Shown here: piece by piece, positions 52,701-63,708 of the stretch
Layout: the number at the start of each line of letters is the position of its first letter
How positions within the stretch are numbered: the first letter of the stretch is position 1
Assembly: GCA_032718475.1 (NCBI GenBank)
Contig: JAUCBJ010009012.1
Coordinates: forward strand, 1-64,000
Direction: 5' to 3'
Length of the DNA stretch: 64,000 nt
Source of the DNA: Nemertoderma westbladi
Taxonomy: Eukaryota > Animalia > Xenacoelomorpha
Notes under the pieces: generated by a model
What the model saw: the letters and a program-made list of their open reading frames with translations, nothing else
Database searches by the model: none
Told to the model about the DNA's origin: nothing
Program-made: the position numbers and the translations under genes

Positions 52701-55700
52701 ATACAAGGCTCGAACCAAAGATAGGAGAGAACAGGTTGCTAAGACTCCTCCTCAGTCTCCTAACAGAATGCACGGAAGAAAGCCCGAAGAAAGAACGAGA
52801 GTGCATCACGTTACCCAAGGTAAAGTGAGTAACATCAAACCAAACTGTGCGCTGTGCGACGGGCCCCACCGTTTGAGTGCGTGTGCTGAATTTCTAAAGA
52901 AATCCCTTGTAGACAGACGTAAAGTCATGTGGGATAAGCGGTTATGCTATAATTGCCTCAGATCAGGACACCAACGGCGAACCTGTTACTCCGACGTAAA
53001 GTGTGCAAAGTGTGGCGCGAAACATCACATCTTGTTACACAGTGAGTTCGAACGAGACAACCCGAGTCAGGTAAGTGAGCCCGAACTACATGTCCAATTC
53101 AGTGATGTAAATGACACTGATCAAGAGTCTGAGATGGAAGGATTCTATACTGACGAATTCTCCGACGCCAACGAATCCTGTTACCTAATAAATACCGCAG
53201 TGTATCGAGCACATACTTACGAAAAGGACACCGACAATGAGTTTCCCCCAACTACTTTTGCCAGACAACCATCTTGGAAAGCTCCAACTTCCAACGTAGG
53301 AATCAGAGAATTTCCTGTAGTGCAGGTAAGAGTTCACAGTCCTAACAAAAGTTACATAGTGAACGCCCTCCTTGACTCCGGCAGCACAGGAACATTCATC
53401 GATAAAGAACTAGCCGAAGATATCTTTGCTGGACAACCCAAATTCCGGACTAAATTGAATATGTCAGGAATTATGCAGGTTTGGAAATCTACCCTAACGG
53501 CAGATTACTATGTAGGTGTGTTGTCCACCCCCCAGGATAAATTAGGAGCACAAGGTATAAGGTCGGTAAAAATGGTGGCTATAAAGAACTTCGCTACTAC
53601 CCAAGCAGAACTTTATAATTGGGACGAGGATGAGAGCATCCAACAGCTTAAGATACCTCGATTCCAGACAGATTATCCTGGAGTGCAAATACTCATCGGC
53701 CAAAACGCGCATGAGGCGCTCGAGACATTGGAGAAACGGCCTGCTCAACCGCAGCCACTGCAAACCTATGCGGTAAGAACTAGAGTAGGTTGGTACTTTA
53801 CTGGCCCTTCCCGCAGAACTCTCGAAGAGAGAATGCCACAAGAACGAATATACCAAGTAAACGATTGGGAAGTGGAGAGCAGTGAGGTGGACGAACTAAC
53901 TGAGGGAACACCATACTCCTCAGATAATGACGACATCTACCAACTCTTCGATGAAGAGAACACAATCGACCTACTTACAGAAAACAAAACTTGGAAAAAC
54001 CAGGTGAACCTATGTCAACTGATTCGCCCATCGGGACCCATTGATTACAATGACGAACTAAATGATGAGATAGAGCGCTACAACGCTAGAACTCGGGACG
54101 AACTCGCCGTACGATTCTTTACTCAAGAATTGGTAGAGCCCAATTCATACGATAAGGCCCTATCGATAGAAGAAGAAAGAGCCAAGCAAATCCAGGAAAC
54201 AACTACACGTTTTTTAAAAGATCAAGGTAGATATGAAATCGGCCTACCATTTCGAAAACGAGAACCTAGATTTATAAATAACAGACCCTTGGCAGAGAAA
54301 AGAATCACTCAATTACATCGACGCCTTACGGCTAATGCTTCAGCTAAAGAAATGTACCAAACTCAGTTGAAGAAATTTATTACAAAGGGATACGCGGAGC
54401 GAGTACCGGAAGGAACACCAGTGACTGAGAGAACGTATTACTTAACACATCATTACGTTCCCAAACCCGGTAAACCCCATGAAGTACGAGTCGTATTCGA
54501 TGGCTCCGCTCTATATATGGGCCAATCCCTCAATTCCGAGTTGTTACCAGGACCCAACTTACTTCAATCTTTGTTGGGAATACTTTTAAGATTAAGACAA
54601 TATTCCATCTCGTTCGCCTCCGATATAGAAGGAATGTTCTTACAAGTCAAGGCGCTGGATAGAGATAGAGACAGCCTAAGATTTCTGTGGTGGCCTGAAG
54701 GAGATCTCAACCAGAAACCGGTAGAGTACTGGATGACCATCCAGGCTTTTGGGATCATATCAAGCCCTTCCAACGCCTGCTCCGTGGTGCGGACCACTGC
54801 GAATGACAACCGAGACGCCTTCTCCAAAGAGGTGATAGACAACATCAAGCGCGATATATACATGGACGACAATTTAAAGTCCCTTCCATCAGTAGAAGAA
54901 GCCATTGATGTCGCGAAAGGAACGGTAGAGTGTTTGAAAAGAGGTGGATTTCGACTGACGAAATTCACCAGCAACTCCCGTGAGTTTCTGGAAGCGATAC
55001 CGGTAGAAGACCGAGGAACGAAAGATCTAGACTTAATAAAGGACGATCTTCCAGAAACCAAGACGCTTGGCTTGAAGTGGGACACCGAAAGAGATATCCT
55101 GTTTTTTCAGCTAAAACAGCGAGATAATCCAGTTCGGACCAAACGGATTTGTTTAAGTATCCTGAGCACTTATTTCGACCCATTGGGATTTATCAGCCCA
55201 GTTATATTGATTGCTCGGAGTTTAGTACAACAAATGTGGCTTGAAAACCACTCATGGGACGATCCACTTAAGGGAGAACTGTTAAAGAAGTGGATGAAAT
55301 GGGAAGATTCTCTACCTGCCATCGAGAGCTTTGTAATTTCCCGTGCATATTTTGGTCATGTTCTTCCTACATATTCCTATCAACTCCATGTGTTTGGAGA
55401 CGCCAGCGACATGGGAATAGGTATAGTAGCATATCTGCGAGTCGAAACTCCGAATGGAATCAAAGTCGCCTTGGTTACCTCTAAGGCATTGATTAACAAC
55501 AAGTTAAAGGTTCCTCGAGCGGAGTTAAAGGCGGCTTTATACGCTACAGCCATCGGCCGTAACGTAACAGAACAAATCGACTATCCACTGGAGAAAACTG
55601 TTTATTGGACCGACGCTTTACTCGTGTTGGAGTATATAACCAATGAAGTCTGTCAGTTCAGCATTTTTGTTACTAACAGGGTAGCTATTATTCTTAGTCG

Positions 55701-57744
55701 CACAAAGATAGATCAATGGAGACATTGCCCTGGTACGATTAATCCAGCCGATATCGCCTCCAGGGGAGCAACTCCACAGGAACTGATAGATACTCCAGAC
55801 TGGTTGGGTGGACCCGACTTCCTGAGTAAGGAAGAGGATGAATGGCCTCCTCACCTTACTACGGCGGAGATTAGACAAGCCAAGGGAGCGGAGAAAGTCA
55901 AACCTAAAACCCGGGCGAGTAAATCGAAGTTATTTAAACCGACGATCGATCTATCTGTATTACATACTTCCGGAAACGATGCTTCGGATCCACAATCCCT
56001 CGCCACAAATAAGTCTGTTGTAGAAATTAGAGATAGAGATTGGAAATCTGGAACACCAGACGTCTCGCAAGGAATCTCACCCCTGCTGCAGAGAGCAATG
56101 CATCACTACAGTTCCTGGAATCGGCTCTGTAAAGCCGTCACATATTTAAGGCGATGTTTTCATCATCACTACTCCAGGACGAAGACCATTAGTGATACCG
56201 CTCCATTGACATCTGCGCAAGTTCATGTTATTAAAAATTTACCCAAATATAAGACATCCGACCGGTTTCTAAAGGAGAAAATCAGTTACCAGGAGCATGA
56301 AGAAACCAATAAGCAGATACTGAGACTCCTGCAATGCTATGAGGATTCCGATAAGTATTTCCTGTTGTTGAGAAATCCGCAGATGCGCTTAAGGGATCGC
56401 TTCTCTAGCACAATGATAGATGGGTTAATACGTGTTGGAGGAAGGCTCACCAATGCGCCATTATCCTTGGACACTAAATTCCCCATACTCATTAGAAATC
56501 TTGAAGTACAAATCAAGATGATTGTAGATGTTCACAGTAAACTTTATCATGCTGGTAGAGAACGAGTTCTTAGCGAAATCCGAACTCGCTATTATTTTTA
56601 TAAACCCCGTAGAGCTCTGAACCAAGTTCTTAGGAACTGCATACCCTGTAGGAAAGCATTCAGTAGGCCTTTAACACAGCGAGAGGCAGAATTACCTAGG
56701 GAACGAGTAAGATTCTATGAACCACCTTTTACTAATACTGGTGTAGATTTATTTGGCCCTATTGAAGTATATCGTGCTAGGACTATAGTCAAGAGATGGT
56801 GTGTCATCTTCGTATGCATGACTTGTAGAGCCATCCATCTCGATATGGTGAACGATCTATCTACCAACAGCTTCGTCTTAAGTTTACGCCGACAGATCGC
56901 TCGCTTCTTGACGAGTAATACCATGAGATCGGATAAGGGAACGAACTTCATTGGTGCCAACAACGAAATCCAGGCTTACGTGAAGGACTGGAACCAAAGA
57001 CAGGTGGACGATCAGCTAAGGATAACAGCGTCTAGCTGGACCTTCAACGCCGCCGACGCCCCTTGGTGGGGAGGAAGTTGGGAGAGATTAATTAGAAGCG
57101 TCAAGACCGCATTTCACTTTATAGTGCCATGCCGCGCGTATCTCACCGACGAACTTTTGCGGACGTTAATGGAGGAAATAGCTGCCTATCTCAACGAGAG
57201 ACCGCTTATGCCAGTCTCATCGAGTCCCGATTCCCTGGAAGCGCTAACACCCGCGCACTTCCTACTGAAGAAACCTGTAGCCATGCTCCCACGATCGGAG
57301 ATTACCGACGGAGACGAATACTGCCGTCAAACTTGGCAACTTATGCAGTTGCTATCCCGTCGTTTCGCTGACCATTTCGAGAAACATTATCTGCCCACGC
57401 TACAACTTCGAACTAAGTGGTTTGCGCGGCAAGAAAACGTCAGCGCCGGAGATATGGTGCTTATTGTAGATTCAGACCTCCCACGTAAACGGTGGCAGAC
57501 AGGTCGTATCATCGAGACTCACATCTCGGATGATGGTTTAGTACGCTCGGTAGAACTCGTCGTCATGCGGCGTAACTTCAAGAAGCCAGGCATAATCTTT
57601 GAGACGCAACAACTCAATCGCCCAGTTGGTCGTTTATGTTTACTGGAAAGAGACAGAGAACTCTCCGGAAACTATGGAAGGCAAGACATTCTTCCCACGA
57701 CCACCTCCCTAATTCCTCAAACATCTAGGGACTCCCCAACGTGA
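49783..57744 (+). CDS. BEL/Pao Gag-Pol polyprotein, 2653 aa, intact
   Basis: DUF1759-like gag (KFNGDEMKW...LSNGEKLRFL), three Cys/His knuckles, protease ALLDSGS, RT (RVVFDGS, SDIEGMF, YMDD), Pao RNase H (HVFGDAS, PRAEL, WTD), integrase HHCC with D-D-E core (GVDLFGP, SDKGTNF, SWER) and a DUF5641-like tail. Confidence 0.97.
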   Translation: MSDTQQNLSDSLIDTTICDTDRSVERLRKGFSSPPTERKVIPPVVVSDPRLIQHRRSIIGTRAQVKRNQEAAVQQQQHPSQETCSQRPDSSSSSDTVELTPERGVQMAATAYSDPLLTLPAAVLTTIFIAVEEHQVDWARSKRATQDSYAGYAREELMSIVESQWNFPGPGLPLDLSEATWEDIHRMEVTKDTMDPAVWKRSAAGYVQGFFGSLERLEEQLFRQPQGPQEQEELLYQVRERTLRIRLILSAFEETSKRRQDTSLQVAVKTWFQRVGLKVQETAQWKSQLAERPTYEEPTDATLSQEESKGTAERPRTRDAIDIYLSDYQRFLGDEELRRRLAGLRPNSEGAKLVLDSIDAEMLAANKAKFDEKLRLARVQEEQVKKKRIEDRKAAAVAEAERRASEETTQLELENLQETQDNLNKQLTASQMQMMRRSTPKRQGYTSSEESETTDPEGGGNRSRLSRRRKTSHRHKLPDLPPAVRRQLASTDLSSTEPTDQIIQVKRLPTIVDEPEIIRPVVPKATPVLETPVLPELNSKFPLHSITLPVPGRTVHENIPVLEAEREIKDLSPVVPRRPATMLATPASAVEWVEEGRRGMNLLLGQMQETVHQLKGTVRESRAELQEVQQSIALERDKLVNIQKGIPIPPVTLCQPVRSEVSHAQGVEPTRIYTASEVETPIANPIKGDYKPVVNDIPYRPDNNPRNSYTDNSILNNTMAQESFTRQMARTEARQAVKVGEIVKFNGDEMKWLPFNEYYKDSIQNSVLSNGEKLRFLIKCLEGPPKLMALKFIGHPDGLRQVWDTLNIRHGNKDNIAKYLYAKLVAPRNFLSSGIIEFSDEIQEICRQLDWLGKSHEYQSSMVIGAVVSTLPKGGVCTRWDKKVLYMNEQQRRSPTMADLMSFLDGEVKLQLIKQSREKTSENKVSEKPVSRRRVTPVCYTDDGESQASQEEDSGKDTDKFYYVNKTSKDVSKYKARTKDRREQVAKTPPQSPNRMHGRKPEERTRVHHVTQGKVSNIKPNCALCDGPHRLSACAEFLKKSLVDRRKVMWDKRLCYNCLRSGHQRRTCYSDVKCAKCGAKHHILLHSEFERDNPSQVSEPELHVQFSDVNDTDQESEMEGFYTDEFSDANESCYLINTAVYRAHTYEKDTDNEFPPTTFARQPSWKAPTSNVGIREFPVVQVRVHSPNKSYIVNALLDSGSTGTFIDKELAEDIFAGQPKFRTKLNMSGIMQVWKSTLTADYYVGVLSTPQDKLGAQGIRSVKMVAIKNFATTQAELYNWDEDESIQQLKIPRFQTDYPGVQILIGQNAHEALETLEKRPAQPQPLQTYAVRTRVGWYFTGPSRRTLEERMPQERIYQVNDWEVESSEVDELTEGTPYSSDNDDIYQLFDEENTIDLLTENKTWKNQVNLCQLIRPSGPIDYNDELNDEIERYNARTRDELAVRFFTQELVEPNSYDKALSIEEERAKQIQETTTRFLKDQGRYEIGLPFRKREPRFINNRPLAEKRITQLHRRLTANASAKEMYQTQLKKFITKGYAERVPEGTPVTERTYYLTHHYVPKPGKPHEVRVVFDGSALYMGQSLNSELLPGPNLLQSLLGILLRLRQYSISFASDIEGMFLQVKALDRDRDSLRFLWWPEGDLNQKPVEYWMTIQAFGIISSPSNACSVVRTTANDNRDAFSKEVIDNIKRDIYMDDNLKSLPSVEEAIDVAKGTVECLKRGGFRLTKFTSNSREFLEAIPVEDRGTKDLDLIKDDLPETKTLGLKWDTERDILFFQLKQRDNPVRTKRICLSILSTYFDPLGFISPVILIARSLVQQMWLENHSWDDPLKGELLKKWMKWEDSLPAIESFVISRAYFGHVLPTYSYQLHVFGDASDMGIGIVAYLRVETPNGIKVALVTSKALINNKLKVPRAELKAALYATAIGRNVTEQIDYPLEKTVYWTDALLVLEYITNEVCQFSIFVTNRVAIILSRTKIDQWRHCPGTINPADIASRGATPQELIDTPDWLGGPDFLSKEEDEWPPHLTTAEIRQAKGAEKVKPKTRASKSKLFKPTIDLSVLHTSGNDASDPQSLATNKSVVEIRDRDWKSGTPDVSQGISPLLQRAMHHYSSWNRLCKAVTYLRRCFHHHYSRTKTISDTAPLTSAQVHVIKNLPKYKTSDRFLKEKISYQEHEETNKQILRLLQCYEDSDKYFLLLRNPQMRLRDRFSSTMIDGLIRVGGRLTNAPLSLDTKFPILIRNLEVQIKMIVDVHSKLYHAGRERVLSEIRTRYYFYKPRRALNQVLRNCIPCRKAFSRPLTQREAELPRERVRFYEPPFTNTGVDLFGPIEVYRARTIVKRWCVIFVCMTCRAIHLDMVNDLSTNSFVLSLRRQIARFLTSNTMRSDKGTNFIGANNEIQAYVKDWNQRQVDDQLRITASSWTFNAADAPWWGGSWERLIRSVKTAFHFIVPCRAYLTDELLRTLMEEIAAYLNERPLMPVSSSPDSLEALTPAHFLLKKPVAMLPRSEITDGDEYCRQTWQLMQLLSRRFADHFEKHYLPTLQLRTKWFARQENVSAGDMVLIVDSDLPRKRWQTGRIIETHISDDGLVRSVELVVMRRNFKKPGIIFETQQLNRPVGRLCLLERDRELSGNYGRQDILPTTTSLIPQTSRDSPT

Positions 57745-59376
57745 TACGTCTGGAGTGGGTGCATGACTATATTATTCTATCTATTTTATTATATTTTTAT
57801 ATGCGAACGTTATTATGTACTTTATTATAATCGTTTTATTTAATTTTATTTAGTATAATGTTATTTTAGATTATTTAGTAGGTTAGTGCAATATATTAGT
57901 GTTTATTACATAATTACACATAATATATATTTAATATGACGGCGAGAAATAATTCTTTCTTTTTCCTTACTGTCCGTATTATATTATAAATGCGAGACTA
58001 TAGTAAGATGACATGTCAGTACTTATTAAAGTACAATAAAGCTCCTACTATATTTAAGTATTATTGGTAGGCAGAGTATTAGGAATGCAAAGTTCAGATC
58101 CTTGTGTCTCGGCTAAACCAAGCTCTGGGTAGACCTTGGAAACGACTTGCCTCTTCACACTGACATTGCTTCGTGTGATATTGCTCTTCTACCTTATATT
58201 AAATAATACATATAGTAGCGTGATGTCCCTCTAACAGTAGCGTAAAACGCAAATAAATCTGTTAAACCTTTTGACCATCTGTAATTCTAGTCGATTAAGA
58301 TATCGCGGCACCCACCGATATACTTGAAAGACAAATTCTAGAATCAGTGGTTAACGTCCCCAGACAAGTTCTGGAACAAGTTCGGAGACAAGTTCGGTGC
58401 TCATCTTAAATATTAATTTAATATTTATTAAAATCTGTAAAATTCAGATCCTTTAAAATTTCTAGTCAATTAAGATATCGCAGCACTTACCGATACTCTT
58501 AAAAGACAATTTAATAGAATTAAGGATCCTAAGTCCCCAGACATGCTCTGGAATAAAAATTGTGTCAATTTTAACATCAAATAATAAAATTCACGGGAAT
58601 AAATTTAAATTCATATTTTAAATGAATTTCATAAATTGTCATTTTGTGCAATTTATAACATTCCCAAAATTCCATTAATTAATAGATCATGGGAGCGGAG
58701 ATTCATCCTATTGAGTGTATTAGAGTGCGAGAACCTCCAACATATAGTCAATAGCCGATAAAATTAATAAAATCATGTATAAAGAGGATATTGACAATTA
58801 AAGAATTACTATTAAATAGCATTCCAGATCTGTATGCATGAGAATTACCCTAATTCTACCGCTAGCTTTCCATAATGTCACCATAGCAACACCCACACTA
58901 GAATTAGAAGCCAGTTAAAAGAACAATAGAAAGCTTGTCCCATTGCATAGCATAGAGAATACATAGCACACTGTTAGTATCCAAGGATACACAGTAATAA
59001 CGTGACATTCTGGAAGGCACTGACTAACGGACAAATGGCCTGTATGTGTACAATTGGTGACAGTTGTGTGGAATTTATGCGTTTATAGGTGAATGTTACT
59101 GCTAAAGTATGTTTACAGTAGCTAGTTGCAATTGTGAAAGTAACCCAACTCTCCTATAGAAAGAACCTAAAGTGGATCCAAGCCTTTGGGACGGACAGTG
59201 GAGTGACTTGTGCCGGTTATCGTTGTCGTGATGTTGCTACATGTTGGCGTAAACACCGCGACTACGGTACATCGGCGCTGAGAATCCCACTGTCCGGGGG
59301 CAACGAGAGGTAGGCAGCGACGCCCGCTAGCCTAAACATAAACTCATTTTGATATTAATAAACTCAGATAACAGAT

Positions 59377-62300
59377 ATGACGGAGTTGATAGAAGATGAT
59401 CTTGGTATTAGGGAGCGATATACTCTACCTTTACAAGCATTTGTGGATAGCTTGATACGCGGTGAAGCCGATCCAACCATTACAGAGGACGATGGTCATT
59501 ATATCGAACCGCCGATGTCCCAAGAGCAACTTATGCGTGAATTGGACTATCGAAAATTCACCGCTCGCTATACGAATCGTAATGGTACGTATATGGACTT
59601 CTTAACTACCGGCCATCCTATCGATTTACATGATACGGACGATGTAGACACAGAAAGGGAAATGGTTCTATTTAAATATCATACCCAGCGGAGTCGTAAC
59701 GATAAACCGAGAATAGAACATGAAAATTCTATTCGTAACAGACTGGAAAGAGAAAACGTTGAAGAACCGGATAAACGCATCGACTTCAACGACTACCTGG
59801 AATTTTTGAGAGAAACTTATCTCAACATCGCCAGTCAGCAGAACCTAGAGACTCGATATCCTCAAGGTATACATCATGACCCTATGGTAGAACTCAAACG
59901 GCTCTATTTCACTATGATGTATTTTACCGCCGATCGTCCACTACCTGTTATCCCGGATAGTTTTGAACAAATGGAAGAATATTGCAAAACTGGAGAACGA
60001 TCACCCGCGTTTCCCCTGCAGGACGTGCGTCTTTGGTATTATTGTGACGAATGCCCTAGACCCAACCAACAAACTGAAAGACATAAACATCCGCGGAGAC
60101 GTTGCGCTAAACACAGCTTTACGCGTTATACTTACGGGAGTTTCGAGCGAAACCTGTTCGACGTATCACCCACGATCGCTCGTCTTAAACGATCACTAAA
60201 TAAACCTATGATCAGAGTTCCGGAATACTCGGTCAGGCCTCCTCATTCCCTAGTGAGACCTCAAACTCTTGATCCTAACAGTATCACTGATCCTCCCGAA
60301 CTATATTCCCTGTTCAAAGACTTAGTGTTACCCGAACAATTAATCGGTGGTGCTCCGGTAGTGGGTTCATTAGACATTCGCCCATCCTACTTAGCCGGAT
60401 TGGGACGCGGGCAGCTAATATCGCCATTTGATCCTTACAATCGTCCAGGATTAAACCCGATGCAACCCGCCACGGAAGTCGAGGAGAGCGTTATAAGAAA
60501 CGCTTTAGACGCCATTCGACAGAAGATCGGAAAGGGAACACAAGATTGTTTAGAGAAACGTAAATTACAACAACAAGTCCAATCGGTGAAGGAGTTAGCC
60601 TTGCCACAGTTCGATAGAGAAATCCAAAACCTCTAGGAGGACATCGAGCTTGGACGCACATATTCTCTACAAGAGTTTTTAGATGAACGCTTACAGAGAC
60701 AAGCGGAAGAAAATCTACTCGAGGAGAAACACACGAAAATGGACGAGAGAGAAGAAGCCGCTTTAGCCCAACCTGAAGCTCAAATCCTTATGACAGATCT
60801 CTACTCTAAAACCGTCCGTCATCCCTCGATGATTCCACATTTCGGAGATAAACTCTTCGCGACGATACAACCTCAACCGGTTGATATCAGTACAGGATCG
60901 CAAAATCTTATCGCTGACGCCCCTATGTTACAGCGTCCGCCAATCGAGGCCGCTCGTGTTGACGGTATACTCGTTGAACCTCCGGACAATCGAGCGGATC
61001 TTGTCCGTCGTATGGTACACGATGTCAACATACGCGCTAGACCTTTACAGAACTCGTTTTATGGGATTAAAGACCACCCTTATTATGTTAATCTGACTCA
61101 ATATTATATGGTAAAACCAGAAGACCTGACGCATAAGTTAAAGTTTCTACCACTAATAAATCCTCTAGACGTTGTCGAACTCGAACAATTGCAGAAACAT
61201 CTGGATCAGTTAGTAAAGGTAAACTCATTTAGAAAACCATATAACATTTCTCGAATCGAGAAGGATATAGAACCTCCTTATAATCTCGATGGATTTATTA
61301 AAACTCGATTAGTCCATTGGAATCTAGATGTATTATTTGAAGAAGAGAAAATACAAAGATATGGAAATGTGGAGACGTATACCACTCGGCACATGAAGTA
61401 TAGTGATCTCCCTGACGCTAACCAATGCACCACCTTGTGGCATCCAGTAGGGATGACCCTAGAGAACGCCACCAAGGAGTGGAATGAAACTCTTAATGTT
61501 ATTGAGATGTATGGAGTTGTCACCTATGATAATGAAGGTAGCGTTCCTGTCGGAGAACTAGGAACTACGCGCATGATCCACATATGCGGATTAGCTGGTT
61601 CTACCCACATGTTTACTCGAGCGTGTTCCGACGTGATTGATTATTCCTTTGAAACTCTCACCGAAACACAAAAGAATCTCCGACATGGACAATTCGAACT
61701 CGCGCAGCGTTACGTCATTGACACCGAACGCAAACCGGCCATGGGTATCGATGGATCGATGTTACCCCAGCCCGTACTCGAGATGTTGTTCAACGAAAGA
61801 ATCCTTAAAATCGGCTCAGCTGTTTATGGAGATCTCCAAAACGACTTTCGGAATATGGAAAATATCCCATATCCTTTCGTGGATACGCAGCTGATTGCTC
61901 CCTAGGCAGAAGGTCGAGGTTTCTTCCGCACCTTGTATGCTAATACGTCTAGCAACATTACAAAGGTGCAACGAACTTCCATCGGACATCTTGCCTTTCA
62001 GGAATACGGATGGAATTTTAAGGTCGGAAATCCCATCAACTATCAACAAGTATACGGAGACCATTATTCTCGATTATACTTTGATGGACCATTGACCGCA
62101 CCTGGTGCCGTGTATAGCTTCATGAGTGTTCCACTCCGTCCCTCCTTAGCTATCTACACGATCTTTGAAAACACCGCACTTGCCGGTTGGCTAGCCGATG
62201 TGTGCAGTTGTACTATACGCGCCCATCCATTAATACTTGGGACCAAGCTCGCTAAGCTAGATGAACATAATAAATTCATCCGCTTCGAATGTTTCCGGCG

Positions 62301-63630
62301 ATTTTTAACCCCGTTCCGCAACGTGGATAGCCAATTTAAAGACCGCGCTTTGACTAAGCTCAGCCTAAGAAGCTCAGCTGCAGAGAAGTTAGATAGCGCT
62401 GGATTTGCCATTTTCAAAGAGATTTGTATATCGAACTTACACTCCTCTGTTATACAAAGACCTCGAATCCCCACAGGTTATTCTGTCGTGGAAATTCAGA
62501 CAATAGGTCCACTTGAAGAGACAGACACGCCCACCTCAGCTATGCACTGGGAAGACGAACCAATATGTCTAGAATCTGAGGAGATTCAGCCTATCGCGCC
62601 CCGGAACAGCGACAACGATTACATCCTAGAATGGTATCAAGGTCCACAGTGTCTCACTGCGTACGATTATCGACATGCCAACTATGTTTCTAGGCAACGT
62701 TGTCGGTTATGCGCATCGAGAGACCATGTTACGCCCATGGACACAAACGTCCGCTGTTCCTATTTCCAAGAACAACCGACGATGGAAATTTATTGCGCAT
62801 ATTGCAGACTCAATAACTTGCATATTTTTGCGGTTTGCCCTCAATTTATGACTCAATGTCACCATTGTCAACTAAAGGGACACGCCAGTTTCGATTGCCC
62901 TTTTAATCACGATTTGGAAAGCGTAGATGAAATGATCACACTACGTTACATCAGAGCTTGGGAAGCGAACGCTGATTTACATTGTGATTCGCGCCATCGC
63001 TTTTATCCTGGACGCGCTTACGAAGGAGTTTATGCGTTCCATCCTTATCTATTCGCTTCTGTCGAACAGAAATCACGCATATCGAGTTACGAACTACTGA
63101 AGCGCGTCGGAGAATGTATTCCAACCAAATTCGTACGCAAATTTCTCAGGAGTGTTAATCCTAGCGACCTTCATTCCTATAACTTAATCAATTATATCCG
63201 TCAGGATCTGGACTATGGAGACTTATTTGTTAACTCACACCCCGAGTTACAGGAAGTATATCGACGGCCTTACGAATACCGAGCCCGCGAACGCGAGTTG
63301 GAAAGAACCATTAAACCCAGGAGGTTTCTGACTGCCTATGGTCCACCCACGGCTCTCGTTCAGACCACTCGTAAAGGACCCGTAAGAGCGGCTGTCCTAA
63401 AACGCGCTCTCAAGGCCGTTAGACCCCTCTCCCCCGACGTTGATGTCAATCAACCCGGTACTTCGACTGGCGGATACACCGACCATAATCCTACACCCTC
63501 TGATGCAATCATATTGCACCCTTCACCCAGGAGTTATAGCCCTCCTTGTAAAGTGGCTCGCCCCAAAGAGAAAAGGACTCTGGCCAGCTTTAAAAAACTG
63601 CGTAAACGCCGTCCACGCAAGAAAGACTAA
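59377..63630 (+). CDS. Accessory ORF2 of the retrotransposon: one ~1417-codon frame with two internal TAG codons, DEDDy-like exonuclease and zinc knuckles
   Basis: ORFs 59377, 60739 and 61933 share a frame, and the gaps are open apart from TAG at 60634-60636 and 61903-61905. Exonuclease motifs VVTYDNEG, ILKIGSAVYGD, FVDTQ and PLRPSLAIYTIFE. CCHC-type motifs at about 62701-62898. Confidence 0.75.
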
Positions 63631-63698
63631 CTGTTTAGAGTATTTACGTATATTAGAAACTGTGATTTTTGTATATTTATAGACTTGAATCCCATTTT

Positions 63699-63708
63699 CT
63701 GGGAGCGG
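63699..63708 (+). other. Polypurine tract
   Basis: CTGGGAGCGG lies immediately before the TG of the 3' LTR. Confidence 0.75.

Noticed and set aside
59377-63630. Genome-wide TAG reassignment as the explanation for the internal stops; ORF2 as env
   Set aside because: No in-frame TAG occurs in the 2653-aa gag-pol, the 864-aa Academ ORF or the aconitase exons. ORF2 shows no evident signal peptide or transmembrane anchor.
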